Notes under the pieces: model-generated
The model's input: the letters and a program-made list of their open reading frames with translations, nothing else
Told to the model about the DNA's origin: nothing
Databases searched by the model: none
In this document: one piece after another, positions 1 to 11,600 of the stretch
Numbering within the stretch: the stretch's first letter is position 1
Layout: the number at the start of each line of letters is the position of its first letter
Assembly (NCBI GenBank): GCA_905250055.1
Contig: CAJNOF010000004.1
Span: 4,268,656-4,312,908, forward strand
Length of the DNA stretch: 44,253 bases
DNA from: Rotaria sp.
Lineage: Eukaryota
Direction of reading: 5' to 3'
Made by a program: the position numbers and the translations under genes

Positions 1-826
1 TGGCATGTCTTTCGATTCAAGATGATTGGATATATTTTTATGAATACATGGTCTCTCATTAATCATAGAGAAAACGCGAAAAAAAACAGAGGCTAAGATC
101 AACGAGAAGAAGAAGATACGCCTCGAAGACAAATATGATCTGATGTTATTGTCATCTATCATAATAAATAGCTTCTATCGAAATTCTATCATTATGATAT
201 TGATTGAAGAAGGTTGTCATAGTATGAAAACTAGAGCATCATTTTTACTATTAGTCCATATATAGAAAAAATTTCTTTATGATTTTTATAAGCAACTACA
301 GTACCTCAAGCATTACGTTTGCTATGACCTAAATATCTTTTTAATTTAAGGTCATTTCACGTTGTGCGAAGTGTGTTGTAGGCAGAAACTGCTGTCTAGT
401 AATGATAGTTTTTTCTCACATACAAGTAATTTAATCGTAAAAGAAACTCTAAACATTTTATCAGAACGGAAACAGGAAACAAGAAAAGTCGTTCTCATAG
501 GATACTATTTCTATATGATTAAAACTTGATAATCATCGATGCATAAATAAATTTAAATCAAATATTCATAACATAAAGGCTTTCAAATACTATTTATAAC
601 ATCTAATTGATTATTGAAAAACTAATTCTGTATGATATTAACTGAAACTATCTTTTTTTTCTAGAAGTTTATTTAATTTAAAAAGAAAAAAAAAAGAATA
701 TCACCTTGACGAATCTCGTGGACCAATAACACGCAGATTATGAAGTAATGGAGATGGCATTCGTTTCGGTTGACCCTTAAAAAATATTCAATAATAAATT
801 GAAATAAATTAAGAAAATTCTTTTAC

Positions 827-1020
827 TGTATCAATTCTTGATGTAACATTATCATACATTGTAGGCGATTTTTTCATTTGTTGTGCTGCTTGTAATTGTT
901 GATGAGCAACAACAATGCGTTGTTTAAGTAATTTATTCTGTTCACTTAATTGAGATATTTTATTACGATATTCCTCAAGAAGATTTTCAGTTTCAGTTTC
1001 ACGAGCGCCAAGTTTAGCTC
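827..1020 (-). CDS. RPGRIP1L-like gene exon, phase-0 donor gtaaaag at 825-826.
   Basis: Encodes GAKLGARETETENLLEEYRNKISQLSEQNKLLKQRIVVAHQQLQAAQQMKKSPTMYDNVTSRIDT. Acceptor aaaataaaaag at 1021-1022 (minus sense). Confidence 0.55.
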
Positions 1021-1474
1021 CTTTTTATTTTTAATTTATGAAGATATTAAATTTTTTTAATTTAATTTTATTGTTTACTTACCTAAAGGAATGGCGTCAC
1101 TTCTCTTTTTATCTTCAATTACTTTTGTTAATTTTGTGGCTAATCTAGAAGAAAGAAAAATTATAAATACAAATTAAATATTGTTCTATTTCTTTTTTTA
1201 GACGTTTTTTACTTTTTAATTTTATCTTCTTGCTTTCGAGCATGCTGTTTAAGAACTAAATGATCATCATATAAACGTAAATATCGATCTTGAAGTTCCA
1301 ATGGATCAAGTTTGGCAATCATTTGACGTTCATTTGATATTCGTTTAGCTTGACCTAAAATTGTTCGACATCTCCTTTGCAATATATCAATTAAATTTCT
1401 TTTATTTTAAAACTACCTTGAGATTGGTCAAGGCCAGATGTAATACTTGTATCTCGTGCCGGAGTAATATCCAT
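827..1474 (-). CDS. Partial gene (5' part): RPGRIP1/RPGRIP1L (fantom)-like N-terminal coiled-coil region. Exons approximately 1424..1474 (MDITPARDTSITSGLDQSQ), about 1213..1383, 1083..1144 and 827..1020. The gene continues leftwards past the window start via a donor at 825-826.
   Basis: Minus-strand translation gives ...[35 protein letters not shown] / LATKLTKVIEDKKRSDAIPL / GAKLGARETETENLLEEYRNKISQLSEQNKLLKQRIVVAHQQLQAAQQMKKSPTMYDNVTSRIDT. This is collinear with human RPGRIP1L residues about 45-150 ([45 protein letters not shown]...TPYNNVQSRINT). GT donors and AG acceptors are present at each junction; the exact 5' exon junctions were not resolved. Confidence 0.5.
1083..1144 (-). CDS. RPGRIP1L-like gene exon.
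   Basis: Encodes (K)LATKLTKVIEDKKRSDAIPL; acceptor ttcttctag; donor gtaagtaaac. Confidence 0.5.
1213..1383 (-). CDS. RPGRIP1L-like gene exon; the 5' boundary is approximate.
   Basis: Encodes ...[54 protein letters not shown]; donor gtaaaaaacg. Confidence 0.45.
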
Positions 1475-3049
1475 CACTGTTCTTATTTATTTGATTTACA
1501 GATCTTTTCACATTAAAAATGAACTTTCACAAAATGTTCTTATGTACCGAAGCTTTGTTAATCTCCTCTTTAAATCACAATCTGTAAATAATCAAAATGA
1601 AACTTTATATTACTGATGATAGCATACCATAATAGTATGTATATTGAATTCGGTAACTAAGTTGTGTTACTCACATTATATTGCATATGATACTTTTAAT
1701 GATAGATGGCAGTAGTGAGCAGTAATAATGAATTTCAATGTTCAACAAGAAAACTTTTCAGAGAAAGTAAAAAAAAAACATAAAATTCGATAATGTTTGA
1801 ACAAGCATGAATGAATATGTCATAGGATATCTAACCTATAAAATGCAATAAATTAAACTTTTGTTTCATCCATAAAATCAAACTTTAAGTGTAAAGTATT
1901 TCCTCAGCAATATTATGATTTTTTCAACAAATATCGAGAGTCAAATGATTGAAATATCTTCTCATGATAGTTCTAATGTTTGAAATTACTAAGATGTAAT
2001 ATAGAAACAAGAATACTGGAGATGTAGGTGTAGATGTCGATCTCGCTGTGGATATTGGTTTGGAGTTACTCTTCACCGACCTACTTTCATATTAAAACCT
2101 ATCAATCTAAAACTTTCGTACCGTACTTGGATACTTTCTATGAACTTTTCTAATTGAAATAGGATAGTTGCCCCGAAAATACGTGATACTTATTTTTGTA
2201 GTGTCCGATGTTCGATGATCAGTGAATCCTATACATTGCTCAGACGAATCGTCCGAGAAAAGTATAGGATAGAGTCCATCGATCTTGGACTAAACTAACA
2301 GTCTCTAATTCACATCCTTATGATATATAGTTGAAACAGAAAAATAGATATAGAACTTGTATGATTATAGGTAATTCGTTGATTGAAGTTCTTTTCGTAT
2401 TTCATCATTGCTCGTCATAAGAGTTTTTTCTTCTCATGAATATTGATACTACAAATAAAATCAATATATTGAATTCTTTATCTTCAACTCAGCAATAACT
2501 TATATAATTTCGACTTTTTTTTTTATCTTTTTTTCAGTTTGGCATATTTATTATTCGACGTTTTAGCATATGTACATTTTATTTTTCAAGATCACTATGA
2601 GCTACATTCTTTCTTTCGATTTTCGATATTTTTCTTTGTGATTCAAATTGATTTTACCAATGTTATTTCAAACTTGAATAGAAAAAACTTAATGATATCA
2701 TTTTACGATATATCTTTTTACGAAGCATGATAGCCTTTATCATTTGACGACAAACAATGAAAACTATTGAGATGATTATTACAATTCTTTTCTAAGGTTC
2801 TATTGAAGTAAATTTACCAACCATTCTACAATATTATTTATTATGAAAAATAACCAAATATTTATTGAACACAATCTAATATGCATCTTTTTTTTTTTGT
2901 ATTATTTAGTGAATACAAATATTATACATTCGTTCACTGAGTAAAGCATTCTTCGGTTCGCTTTGTCATCAAATGACGACGTGTACTCGAAGTAGAAAAC
3001 AATAAACAAGAATATTAGCAAAACTGTCCAAGTAAGAAACGAAGAATCG

Positions 3050-3069
3050 CACACACACACACACACACA
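3050..3069. repeat. (AC)10 dinucleotide microsatellite.
   Basis: cacacacacacacacacaca, read directly. Confidence 0.9.
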
Positions 3070-3170
3070 AAACACAAATACATTTAGAACTAATAAAGAG
3101 AACCTAATTGAAAAACAAAAGCGAACACCTGAGTATTATTGATTAACAAAAACAAAAGAATTACGATCCA

Positions 3171-3360
3171 TTTTTATGATTTTGTCTCTGATGATGCCGA
3201 TGACGATGACGATTGTGGTCGTTCGTCACTTTTTTCTACTGTTCCCGAATGATGATTTACATTCGATCCATTGGCAACAGTTATTGATGTTTCACGAAGT
3301 TCATCAAGTGGATTAGTAAAAGCATCATCAAGACCAGCCATAGTTATTAATTCACCCAAA
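3171..3360 (-). CDS. LRR gene terminal exon 12, with stop.
   Basis: RLGELITMAGLDDAFTNPLDELRETSITVANGSNVNHHSGTVEKSDERPQSSSSSASSETKS*; acceptor tttttttatag. Confidence 0.65.
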
Positions 3361-6300
3361 CTATAAAAAAATAAAGTAAATTTTGTTATTAATGAAAGAA
3401 AAAAAAAGAAATTTACCGTTTTGATCGAAGAAAATCAAGAAATTTTTGAAATTTTTGAAATGTATTTTCAACTACTGCACAAAAATGATCTTGTTCTCGT
3501 TGTGCTAAATCATTTTTTGCTAAAACCTAATCAATAAAAAAAACACACATAATAAATATTAAAAACCTGTTGGTGATAAACACAGGAAGATTATTTCCAG
3601 GCACATTTCTTCATCACCGTTTTATCTAACCCTCCAGAAATGCCATAAGGAAACAGTCTATATACTAAAACAGGACCTTATTAACATATAGTCTTTGATC
3701 ATGTATTAATAACGTTTGTGATAGTCTCTGCCTAGCTTTTGCTACGGTTCGAGAGCGAAGGGATGATTACGAATTTCTACACTATACAATTCACAGGATC
3801 ATAACCAGGAATTTTCCAAAGAGGGTGCACAGCAGCAGGAAAATAATTGTCTCTTTTGTAAGCTTTTTTTTTATTTGTAACCTATTCCAGATTTTTTTGC
3901 CAAAGGGGATGCACAAGCATCGTGTGCATTCCCTGGCTACGCTCCTGACACGTCATCACTCGTTTTAGATCATGTTTCACAAGACAAACACAAACTAATT
4001 CTTCTATTATTCTTTTTACCTGTTGAAGTTGTTCTTCTAATTGTTTTTTAGCTTGACGTTCTTCACGTAGTTTATTTTCTAATCTTTGTATTCGACTCTA
4101 TAACAAGAAAATTTTACAAAATCCTATTTGAATATTCATTCCTAAATAACATACGATTGGATTTTCTTTAATTGGTTGTTGCTGCAAATCACCACCAACA
4201 CCAGCACCATAAATCGATTCTTCTGATGAATGAAACGCACGTGTTGGTAATTTAGGTGGAAATCCACTGATCAAAAAAACAAACACAGAAATTCGCTAGT
4301 AAAATAATATTTGAAAAAACATATATATGTATATAAACATACGGCAATCGACTTGCACGAGCAGCTGTTCTCCATGGTATTCCATCACTTCTCGGTTCAG
4401 TTGAAACTGATCCAGTTGATTTACTACGTTGTAATTTCGTTGGATCAACTGGTGTTTTCGGCTGAAAATAAGCTGGTCGATTAGTACCTGTTGTTGTCGT
4501 TGTTCGAGCAATTTTCGAACGTGGACGTCGAGGAGATTCAAGTTTTAACCATTTATACTAATTCACAAAAAAGAAGTATTATTTATTTATTTATTTTTTG
4601 GGTCAAATACAAACTTCACATAAACGATCATCTTCACAATTAATTAATAATTGTTCAATTAATTTTTCCATAACATCACGATCAACAAGAGGATTATTAC
4701 GAATATCGATTATATGTATCAGACTATTGTATTTAGCTGCATTCAAAAATTCTTTTGCACCATTTGTTGATATTGCGCAATCTTGCAGATCGAGAGCTGA
4801 AAGAAAAAAGAAAATAAATTAACTTCTTTAACAATAAAAAATTCTCTTCTATTTTCTTAGATATTTGTAAATCATAGAAATATAAATGTTTGCAAATTTT
4901 AAATTCCATATCTTTTTGCATGATATTGCTAATATATAGGAAGTAAAAATAAAAAGAGAATAAAATATTCTATTTTCTAGTCAAATAGATGTAACAATCA
5001 AGATTTGTGCAGCAGTATTCATAATTCAGACATTAGTAATTTAACGAAATGAGAAGTAAATGTGGTTATATATTTTATTCAGTCGAGTATAGAAAAGATA
5101 ACTATACTTTTACTTTAGTTCTTTGGTTTTCCTTATTTTCCATGATAGTCTACAAGCTCTAAGAGCTTGAGCTATAGATACGTCTTCTGTTGCGAATTTC
5201 TGAATCGTAGGTATATATCCTGTCGATTAGTTACATACGAATCACAGTGTCTATCAAGGTCCTAGCGAAAATATCGTTCAAACAAGGACATCCTTCTGAA
5301 GTAGTTCGTCAAAATACTAGGATGCATGATCATGTCAATGGCATATTATTATACTAAAAAATAAGTTCACAAACGTCTAAGTTCCTTAATGAAATTTATT
5401 TCGTGCTTTACTAAAAATCCAACTTAATGAACTTATAATTAGAAAAGAATAGAATTAATTATATTTGGATATATTAAATAAATACCTTTAATCCAAAGAT
5501 CAGCTTCAAGTACTTCAGCTAAAAATGTTGCACCACGATCAGCAATTAATGGATTTCGATTAAGTGTTACACGTCGTAAACCAGACATATGGTCAAGCAT
5601 TGGATTTTGATATGGTAAACTTTCTTTTTGTTGATGACGAAGACTTTCTTTCCAAACATCTGTATGACGTCGATTTCCTTGTTGCTAGAAAATCAGAAAA
5701 AAGAAACAATTTGTTAATTGATCGAATCGTGACTTTAGAAGTTTTTTTCTTCTTGTCATGAAATAGAATGAACACGCAACAATAATTTTTGAATAATCAT
5801 ATTTTGTTTTGTATTATCTTATATAGTTATATCTTTTTTCTGTTCTCCTTCAATTTATTCTTATAGATTTATTTTTTCTTGTTTTAGTCATTATGATGAA
5901 CAATGAAACAATATCATTCATGTTAAATCAAGTTTTTTTCTCAATCGGTCATTTAGTTGCTATATGTACTCTTTTATTTATTGTAGCAATTTTTATTATT
6001 ATAGTCTTTCTCGTATTTATTCAACCACGAAGAAGATATTATTTTGATTCAAACGAATTCAGAAGTGAAACAGATCTCACAACAATTGGATATGACTCAC
6101 TAGAACTTACACATTTTAAATAATAATCAAAAAATGACTTTGTTAACATTAATTAGTTTATTTTAATTAGATATTAATGCAAAGAACAAACAAACTCCCT
6201 TAACGACGAATTATAACTTTCTGTGAAATAGTTTTTTAAAGATATATATCTCTCACTTAGTTTGCATGAATCTTTAGAATAAAATTAAAAAAATATCTAT

Positions 6301-7194
6301 TAACTTACTCTAATCAGATCAGCAATAATATGTGCACCTTGACTGGTAAGTGAACAAGCTGAAAAATCCACTTCACGAATTTTAGGTGCTTGATTTAAAT
6401 GTCGACAAAGAACTGAAAGAATGACATATTGGTGTTTTTTTTCCTCTCTTCAAAGATTTTCAGTTAATCAAATTTTCTTACTATCAAGTCCTTCATCACC
6501 TATTGGACTATTTGTAAGACGAAAATGAATAAGTGATTTACATTTTGCAATACCCTTCAAAAAAATAGATTTATTTGATAGATTAAATCATTTTTGCATT
6601 TTACTTGAGCTAAAATTGTTAAATCTTTACGTCGAAATGGAAGACCATCGAATTCAAGTAAGACAAGTTCTGTTGTTATTAAGAGACTATCTTTAATATG
6701 TGTACAAATTTTTGAAAGTAATTCTTTTGATTGAAATATTGGTGGACGTTTTGAAGCAGATGAAGCTCGTTTTAATGTTCGTCGCTCAGCTAATTTGAAA
6801 AGAAATACAAATATTTGAAGTCTTTTCTTTGGTTTCATCAACAAAAAAAAAAAACACAAACCTTCAGCAAAATTACTTGATAGTGAATTATAATATTGAC
6901 TTCGTAATGTAAGAGAACGAAGTGTTTTACATGTACCGATAGCAGAACATAATGGTGTCCAGTCATCAAATCTAAATAAAATAATTTTGAAAAAATGAAG
7001 AAATAAAACAAAGAAAAAAACATATTGAATCTATACCGAAGATTATCAGTATCTAAATCAATAATTCCCGAATCAAGTTTTATTTTAACAACTGATAAAG
7101 GTAATAAATGATATTGACGACAATAATCATCGTATTTCGGACCAAAATCACATGGAACATCTGATGTTGTCTTAGTTATTGGATCGACACGCAT
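3171..7194 (-). CDS. 12-exon gene for an RNI-like leucine-rich-repeat protein with a short C-terminal coiled coil (PPP1R37/LRRC45-like), 571 codons. Model: complement(join(3171..3360, 3417..3526, 4020..4097, 4155..4266, 4343..4557, 4615..4796, 5486..5684, 6309..6412, 6482..6554, 6605..6789, 6862..6971, 7037..7194)).
   Basis: All junctions use GT donors (gtatag, gtttgt, gtaaaatg, gtaaga, gtaagtt, gtattt, gtatgttt, gtaaaaag, gtaaattt) and AG acceptors with consistent phases. Exon lengths sum to 1716 nt with a single stop at 3171-3173. The product MRVDPITKTTSDVPCDFGPKYDDYCRQYHLLPLSVVKIKLDSGIIDLDTDNL... carries repeated ribonuclease-inhibitor-type LRR units (LTSQGAHIIADLIR, LTNSPIGDEGLDIL, LNRNPLIADRGATFLAEVLE, ISTNGAKEFLNAAKYNS). 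It then has a Ser/Thr-rich linker, a coiled coil (SRIQRLENKLREERQAKKQLEEQLQQ) and an acidic Ser-rich tail. Family identity is inferred and the exact orthologue is uncertain. Confidence 0.7.
3417..3526 (-). CDS. LRR gene exon 11.
   Basis: VLAKNDLAQREQDHFCAVVENTFQKFQKFLDFLRSK; acceptor attgattag; donor gtaaattt. Confidence 0.65.
4020..4097 (-). CDS. LRR gene exon 10 (coiled coil).
   Basis: SRIQRLENKLREERQAKKQLEEQLQQ; donor gtaaaaag. Confidence 0.65.
4155..4266 (-). CDS. LRR gene exon 9.
   Basis: (P)GFPPKLPTRAFHSSEESIYGAGVGGDLQQQPIKENPI; acceptor ttgatcag; donor gtatgtta. Confidence 0.6.
4343..4557 (-). CDS. LRR gene exon 8.
   Basis: YKWLKLESPRRPRSKIARTTTTTGTNRPAYFQPKTPVDPTKLQRSKSTGSVSTEPRSDGIPWRTAARASRL; donor gtatgttt. 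Confidence 0.6.
4615..4796 (-). CDS. LRR gene exon 7.
   Basis: ALDLQDCAISTNGAKEFLNAAKYNSLIHIIDIRNNPLVDRDVMEKLIEQLLINCEDDRLCE; acceptor tttctttcag; donor gtttgt. Confidence 0.7.
5486..5684 (-). CDS. LRR gene exon 6.
   Basis: QQGNRRHTDVWKESLRHQQKESLPYQNPMLDHMSGLRRVTLNRNPLIADRGATFLAEVLEADLWIK; acceptor ttttctag; donor gtattt. Confidence 0.7.
6309..6412 (-). CDS. LRR gene exon 5.
   Basis: ILCRHLNQAPKIREVDFSACSLTSQGAHIIADLIR; acceptor ttctttcag; donor gtaagtt. Confidence 0.7.
6482..6554 (-). CDS. LRR gene exon 4.
   Basis: GIAKCKSLIHFRLTNSPIGDEGLD; donor gtaaga. Confidence 0.65.
6605..6789 (-). CDS. LRR gene exon 3.
   Basis: AERRTLKRASSASKRPPIFQSKELLSKICTHIKDSLLITTELVLLEFDGLPFRRKDLTILAQ; acceptor caaattag; donor gtaaaatg. 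Confidence 0.65.
6862..6971 (-). CDS. LRR gene exon 2.
   Basis: (R)FDDWTPLCSAIGTCKTLRSLTLRSQYYNSLSSNFAE; acceptor tttatttag; donor gtttgtg. Confidence 0.65.
7037..7194 (-). CDS. LRR gene exon 1, with start codon ATG at 7194..7192.
   Basis: MRVDPITKTTSDVPCDFGPKYDDYCRQYHLLPLSVVKIKLDSGIIDLDTDNL; donor gtatag. This is the first ATG after an upstream in-frame stop. Confidence 0.6.
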
Positions 7195-7835
7195 GATTTG
7201 TTTTTAAAACAATTATTAATAATCAAAGAACATGTTTCTTTACTCTAAAAAAAATTAAGAGATGATGATATAATAGTTTCGTTTGCGGTTATCGCTGACT
7301 GGATGAGTAGAACAAGGCACCACATTATCCATGTCGCTAAGTAAATGTCCTCAATATTAAATGATTAAATTCTTTCATTAATCAATTAAATTATTTAGTT
7401 TTTGAATAGATGCATCTTTTATTTCTTTTATTTTTTATATAAAAAATTATTTTCAATAAACTCAGTTGACATAGATGGCGTCATTGTTTTAATCTATTTT
7501 TTTGACGATGCAAACGATTTTTTTTCTACTTTCGTTTGCTCTCGACATGACACATACTGGCTTGTGCAATAGCATGAAAGAAAAAAAAATATATATTGCA
7601 CATACTCTGGTTGTTCTTACACCATCAACTGTCAATTCGGATTTTTTTTATAGTTGTGAATAACCCGAGTCTGACATTTGTTTGCCTTTCTTTCTGCTCG
7701 CTTGTGCAACGTTGTTTCTTTCTCAACTCGATGTTTTTTTAGTTATTTGCATTTAAATACTCGAGTTATTTTATTTTTTACTTTCATTTGTTTTTTTACA
7801 CTTCTAGTAGTATCTTCAATAGTGAGCACAAGAAA

Positions 7836-8621
7836 ATGGCTGATCCCAAAAAGCCATCAACGGCATCCTCATTATTGTCTACGACAAGTTCATTTTTGTC
7901 AACAAAAAATACTACTCTTAACAGTAGTTCATTACTTCAAGGATCGAGTCTTTTATCTTCATCAACATCTAATAAAACAAGTTCACTTTTATCAGAAACG
8001 AGTACAAGCAAACCATCGGGTCTTCTTTCATCATCAAATGTATTAGGTTCTCTGCAAAAGCCATCATCGTCTTCAACTCTATTGAATACTTCATCTAAAC
8101 TATCATTTGTTTCAACACAATTAAATACTTCATCTAAACCATTATCTTCATCAAGTCTATTAAGTACTCCTCCTAAGTCATCTTCATCAACTCTATTAAA
8201 TACTGCTCCTACATCATCATTTCTTTCCACTACAAAAATATCTACTAACAATACATTGCTTTCATCATCAAATTTAAATAATTCATCTTTATTAACAAGT
8301 GAAACAAGTTTAAGTCGAAAACGTAAAGCTGAACCTTTAGAATCAACAGGCATAAATCAATCATTAACTCAAGAAACTTTAAAGAAATCTACATTAACAG
8401 CAACAAAAACAAGTACACCTGTTTCACTCTCGGATGAAAATGAACGCAAATATAATGCTGAAAATATCCAACCTGAATCGATTCGTCTTAATGTTGATTT
8501 ACATTGTCATATTCCAGCACCGAAACGTCCTCGTATTGATCCATTTTCTTCAATCTATGCTAAACTTGAAAGTCAAAATATAACAGATGATGATTTCAAT
8601 GTGGGCATTAAATCGATTAAG
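7836..8621 (+). CDS. TEP1: TEP1 exon 1: Ser/Leu-rich repeat region plus basic (NLS-like) segment.
   Basis: [67 protein letters not shown]...SRKRKAEP...[34 protein letters not shown]; donor AAG|gtttga. Confidence 0.75.
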
Positions 8622-11600
8622 GTTTGATATCGATTGTTCTTTTCTTGGAAAAAAAAATTTATATCCATTGTCTTTTTGTAGAAAAGTTTTCTTAATTCAT
8701 TGGCTGACTCATTATTAAGTCAACCAGATCTAAGAAAACAAACAGATTCAAAACGAAATGAACTTATTCGTCTTGCTAATTTAGTAATTGAACAAGATCC
8801 AGAATTTATTCTTAAAGTAAAATTCAGATAAAATTAGAAATATTTTATTTATCGAAAATTATTTGTTCTTTTGTCTTTTCATTTTAGGCTGCTCTTTATA
8901 CACGAAATCATTTGAATATTCGTATAACAGCGAATTTTCTAATTGCATATGCTGCATATACCGAACCCTGTCGAATATTTTTAAAAAAATATTTTCAAAT
9001 AACAGTTAATTTACCATCAGATTGGATTGAAATAGCTGAACTTTATCAAACATTTTTTGATAAACGTATTCATTTTGGTTCATTACCATCTGCATTACGT
9101 CGTGTTATGGTCAAAAAATTTCCTGATTTTGATAAATATCAGCTTGCAAAATATAATAAAGAGAAAGCTCGTTTGAAAAAAGCAAAAAAGGCTAATGCAC
9201 CAAAATCTACAAATACAACTAGTGCAACTCGAGGACGAGGAAATGTTGCTTGGAGAGGTAGTACTCGAGGTTCTCGATCAATGCGCGGACGGGGAACAAA
9301 TCGATCATCTTCAACCGATTCGAATATGAGTGTTGCATCAGTAGAACAAAAATTGGATAAAACAACAAAAAAAGCAATGGCTCAAATTACTGAAGAAGAC
9401 CGTGAAACACGACGAATGGCATTCACATTAAAACGATTAATTCGTCAATTACATATTAGTGAACCAGTTGAACATGTTTGGTGTCTATTAGGTAAACGAT
9501 ATCCGGAAACATCCGAACTTTTTTATCAATCACGTTTACCTGGTGTATTCGATCCAGAACGTGCAAATAAACGTATGAAATTACCAACACCAGAAACGTA
9601 AGTGACATTAGTTTTCTTTATTTTAGGTATTTTTATTTTACAAATTTTTCTTTTTTAACAGATGGGAAACACAAATCAGTCTTAAAGGAAACAAAGCTGA
9701 AGTTTGGCAACAATTAATCGATAATAAAAAACTTCCATTTATGGCTATGTTAAGAAACTTACGAAATATGATTAAAGTTGGTATGTATTGAGAAAACTGA
9801 TAGAATTTATTAAATATGATTATCGTAGTTTTCTATAAAATATAACAAAAATAAACAAATAATCTCTATTTTAATCTTTTATTTTTCAGGTATCTCGGAA
9901 AAACATCATCAATGGGTATTAAAAAAACTTCAAGATGATGGTGCAGTTATATACAGTCGTCAATTTCCATTTCGTTTCTTTTCGGCATATCAAATATTAG
10001 ATGAACTTGAAGATGAATTTAATAAATGGTGTGCAGCTAAAGAAACAGTAGCTGGAGTAACAGATATTAAAAGTCGACGATTAACACGAAAAGAAAAAGG
10101 AAAAAAAACTGCATTAAGTCCATTAGAAAAAGCTAAAAAACTTGGTTCAAAAGAAATAAAATATGATGTTGCACTTTTACAACGTTATAAAAAAGCACTT
10201 GATTGTTCAGTTAAAATAGCTACTCAACATAATTGTCAACCTATACCTGGTCGAACATTTGTTTTTTGTAATTTAAGTGAAGCTATGTCTCAACCATGTC
10301 AAGCAGCTAGAGGTTTAGGTAAACCCCGAACACGTGCTGAAATAGGTCTTTTAATGGGTTTAATGTGTAAATCAGCATGTGAATCAAGTCAATTAATTAT
10401 TTATAAAACAAAAGATAGTTTTACTGAAATTGAACAAACACCACAAGAAACAATACTTAATCAAATGACAAAAATTTTATCAAATAATCAACTTTCATCA
10501 TCATCAACATCAGATGTATGTATACCACCAACATTTCTTACAAATATGATTGCTGAAAAACAATGGTTTGATAATATGTAAGTAATGAAAAACAATAAAC
10601 GAAAATAAGTTTAATTCTACGTTTTTTTTTTAATTTTCTTTTTAGTATTATTGTTTCGGATGGATTAAAAGCTGATACAGCTGAATCAGATTTTGTTTAT
10701 CGATTTCTTTCACTTTATCGTTATTTAGTTAATCCTGAACTGATGTTTGTTAGTATTGATTTAAGTATAGCTCAATGTTCATTAACAAAATCCGATCGAT
10801 TTAATAATCGAAATGATATATTTTTAAGTGGTTTTTCTGATTCAATTTTACAATTTATTGCTGAACGTGGTAATGATGGACAATTATTACATGTTGAAAA
10901 TATTGATAATGCACATAATCTTAATAAACAAGTTGAATCAAACACAGAATCACAATCAATAACAGACTCATCAAATGAAGAACGATCAAAATTATCGACA
11001 AACTTACCAATGACGACATTAGTACCACGTTGGCGAACAGTACGTGTATTTATATCATCAACATTTAAAGATATGCATGCTGAACGTGATCTTCTAACAC
11101 GTTATGTTTTTCCCGAATTACGTCAACGAGCAAAAAGTCTTTTTGTTAATCTGTATCAAACAGATCTTCGATGGGGTATTGCAGAAAGTCAATCAAGACA
11201 ATCTGTTTTCTTATGTCTTAATGAAGTATATCGTAGTGATTATTTTATTGGTTTAATTGGTGAACGTTATGGTTTTATACCAAAATCATATGATGCACCA
11301 AAAGATGATCCACGATATACATGGTTAAATAAACTACCAATTGGTTATAGTATAACAGATTTAGAAATGCAAGCTGGTGCACTTCATTCATCCACAAAAC
11401 AAAATCGAGCATTTTTTTATCTTCGTGAACCAAAATTTCTTTCAAATATTCCTAAACCATGGTCTGATGATTTTAATTCTGAAGATCAAGATTCACAAAC
11501 AAAAATAAATAATTTAAAACAACGTATACGTTCAAGTGGTTTTGAAACATTTGATGGTTATCCATGTTCATGGCAAGGTGTATCAAATGATCGACCACTT

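Noticed and set aside
2539-2730. Small intergenic ORFs (2539..2730+, 17245..17478+, 19862..20257+, 20282..20677-, 40386..40610-, 41305..41520-, 42523..42882+, 43340..43540+).
   Set aside because: Low-complexity AT-rich translations with no splice-compatible context or recognisable domains; treated as non-coding.
7788-7835. ORF-track start of the 279-aa ORF at 7788 (MFFYTSSS...).
   Set aside because: Position 7788 is TTG, not ATG. The first ATG in good context (agaaaATGg) is 7836 (MADPKKPS...), which I used as the TEP1 start.
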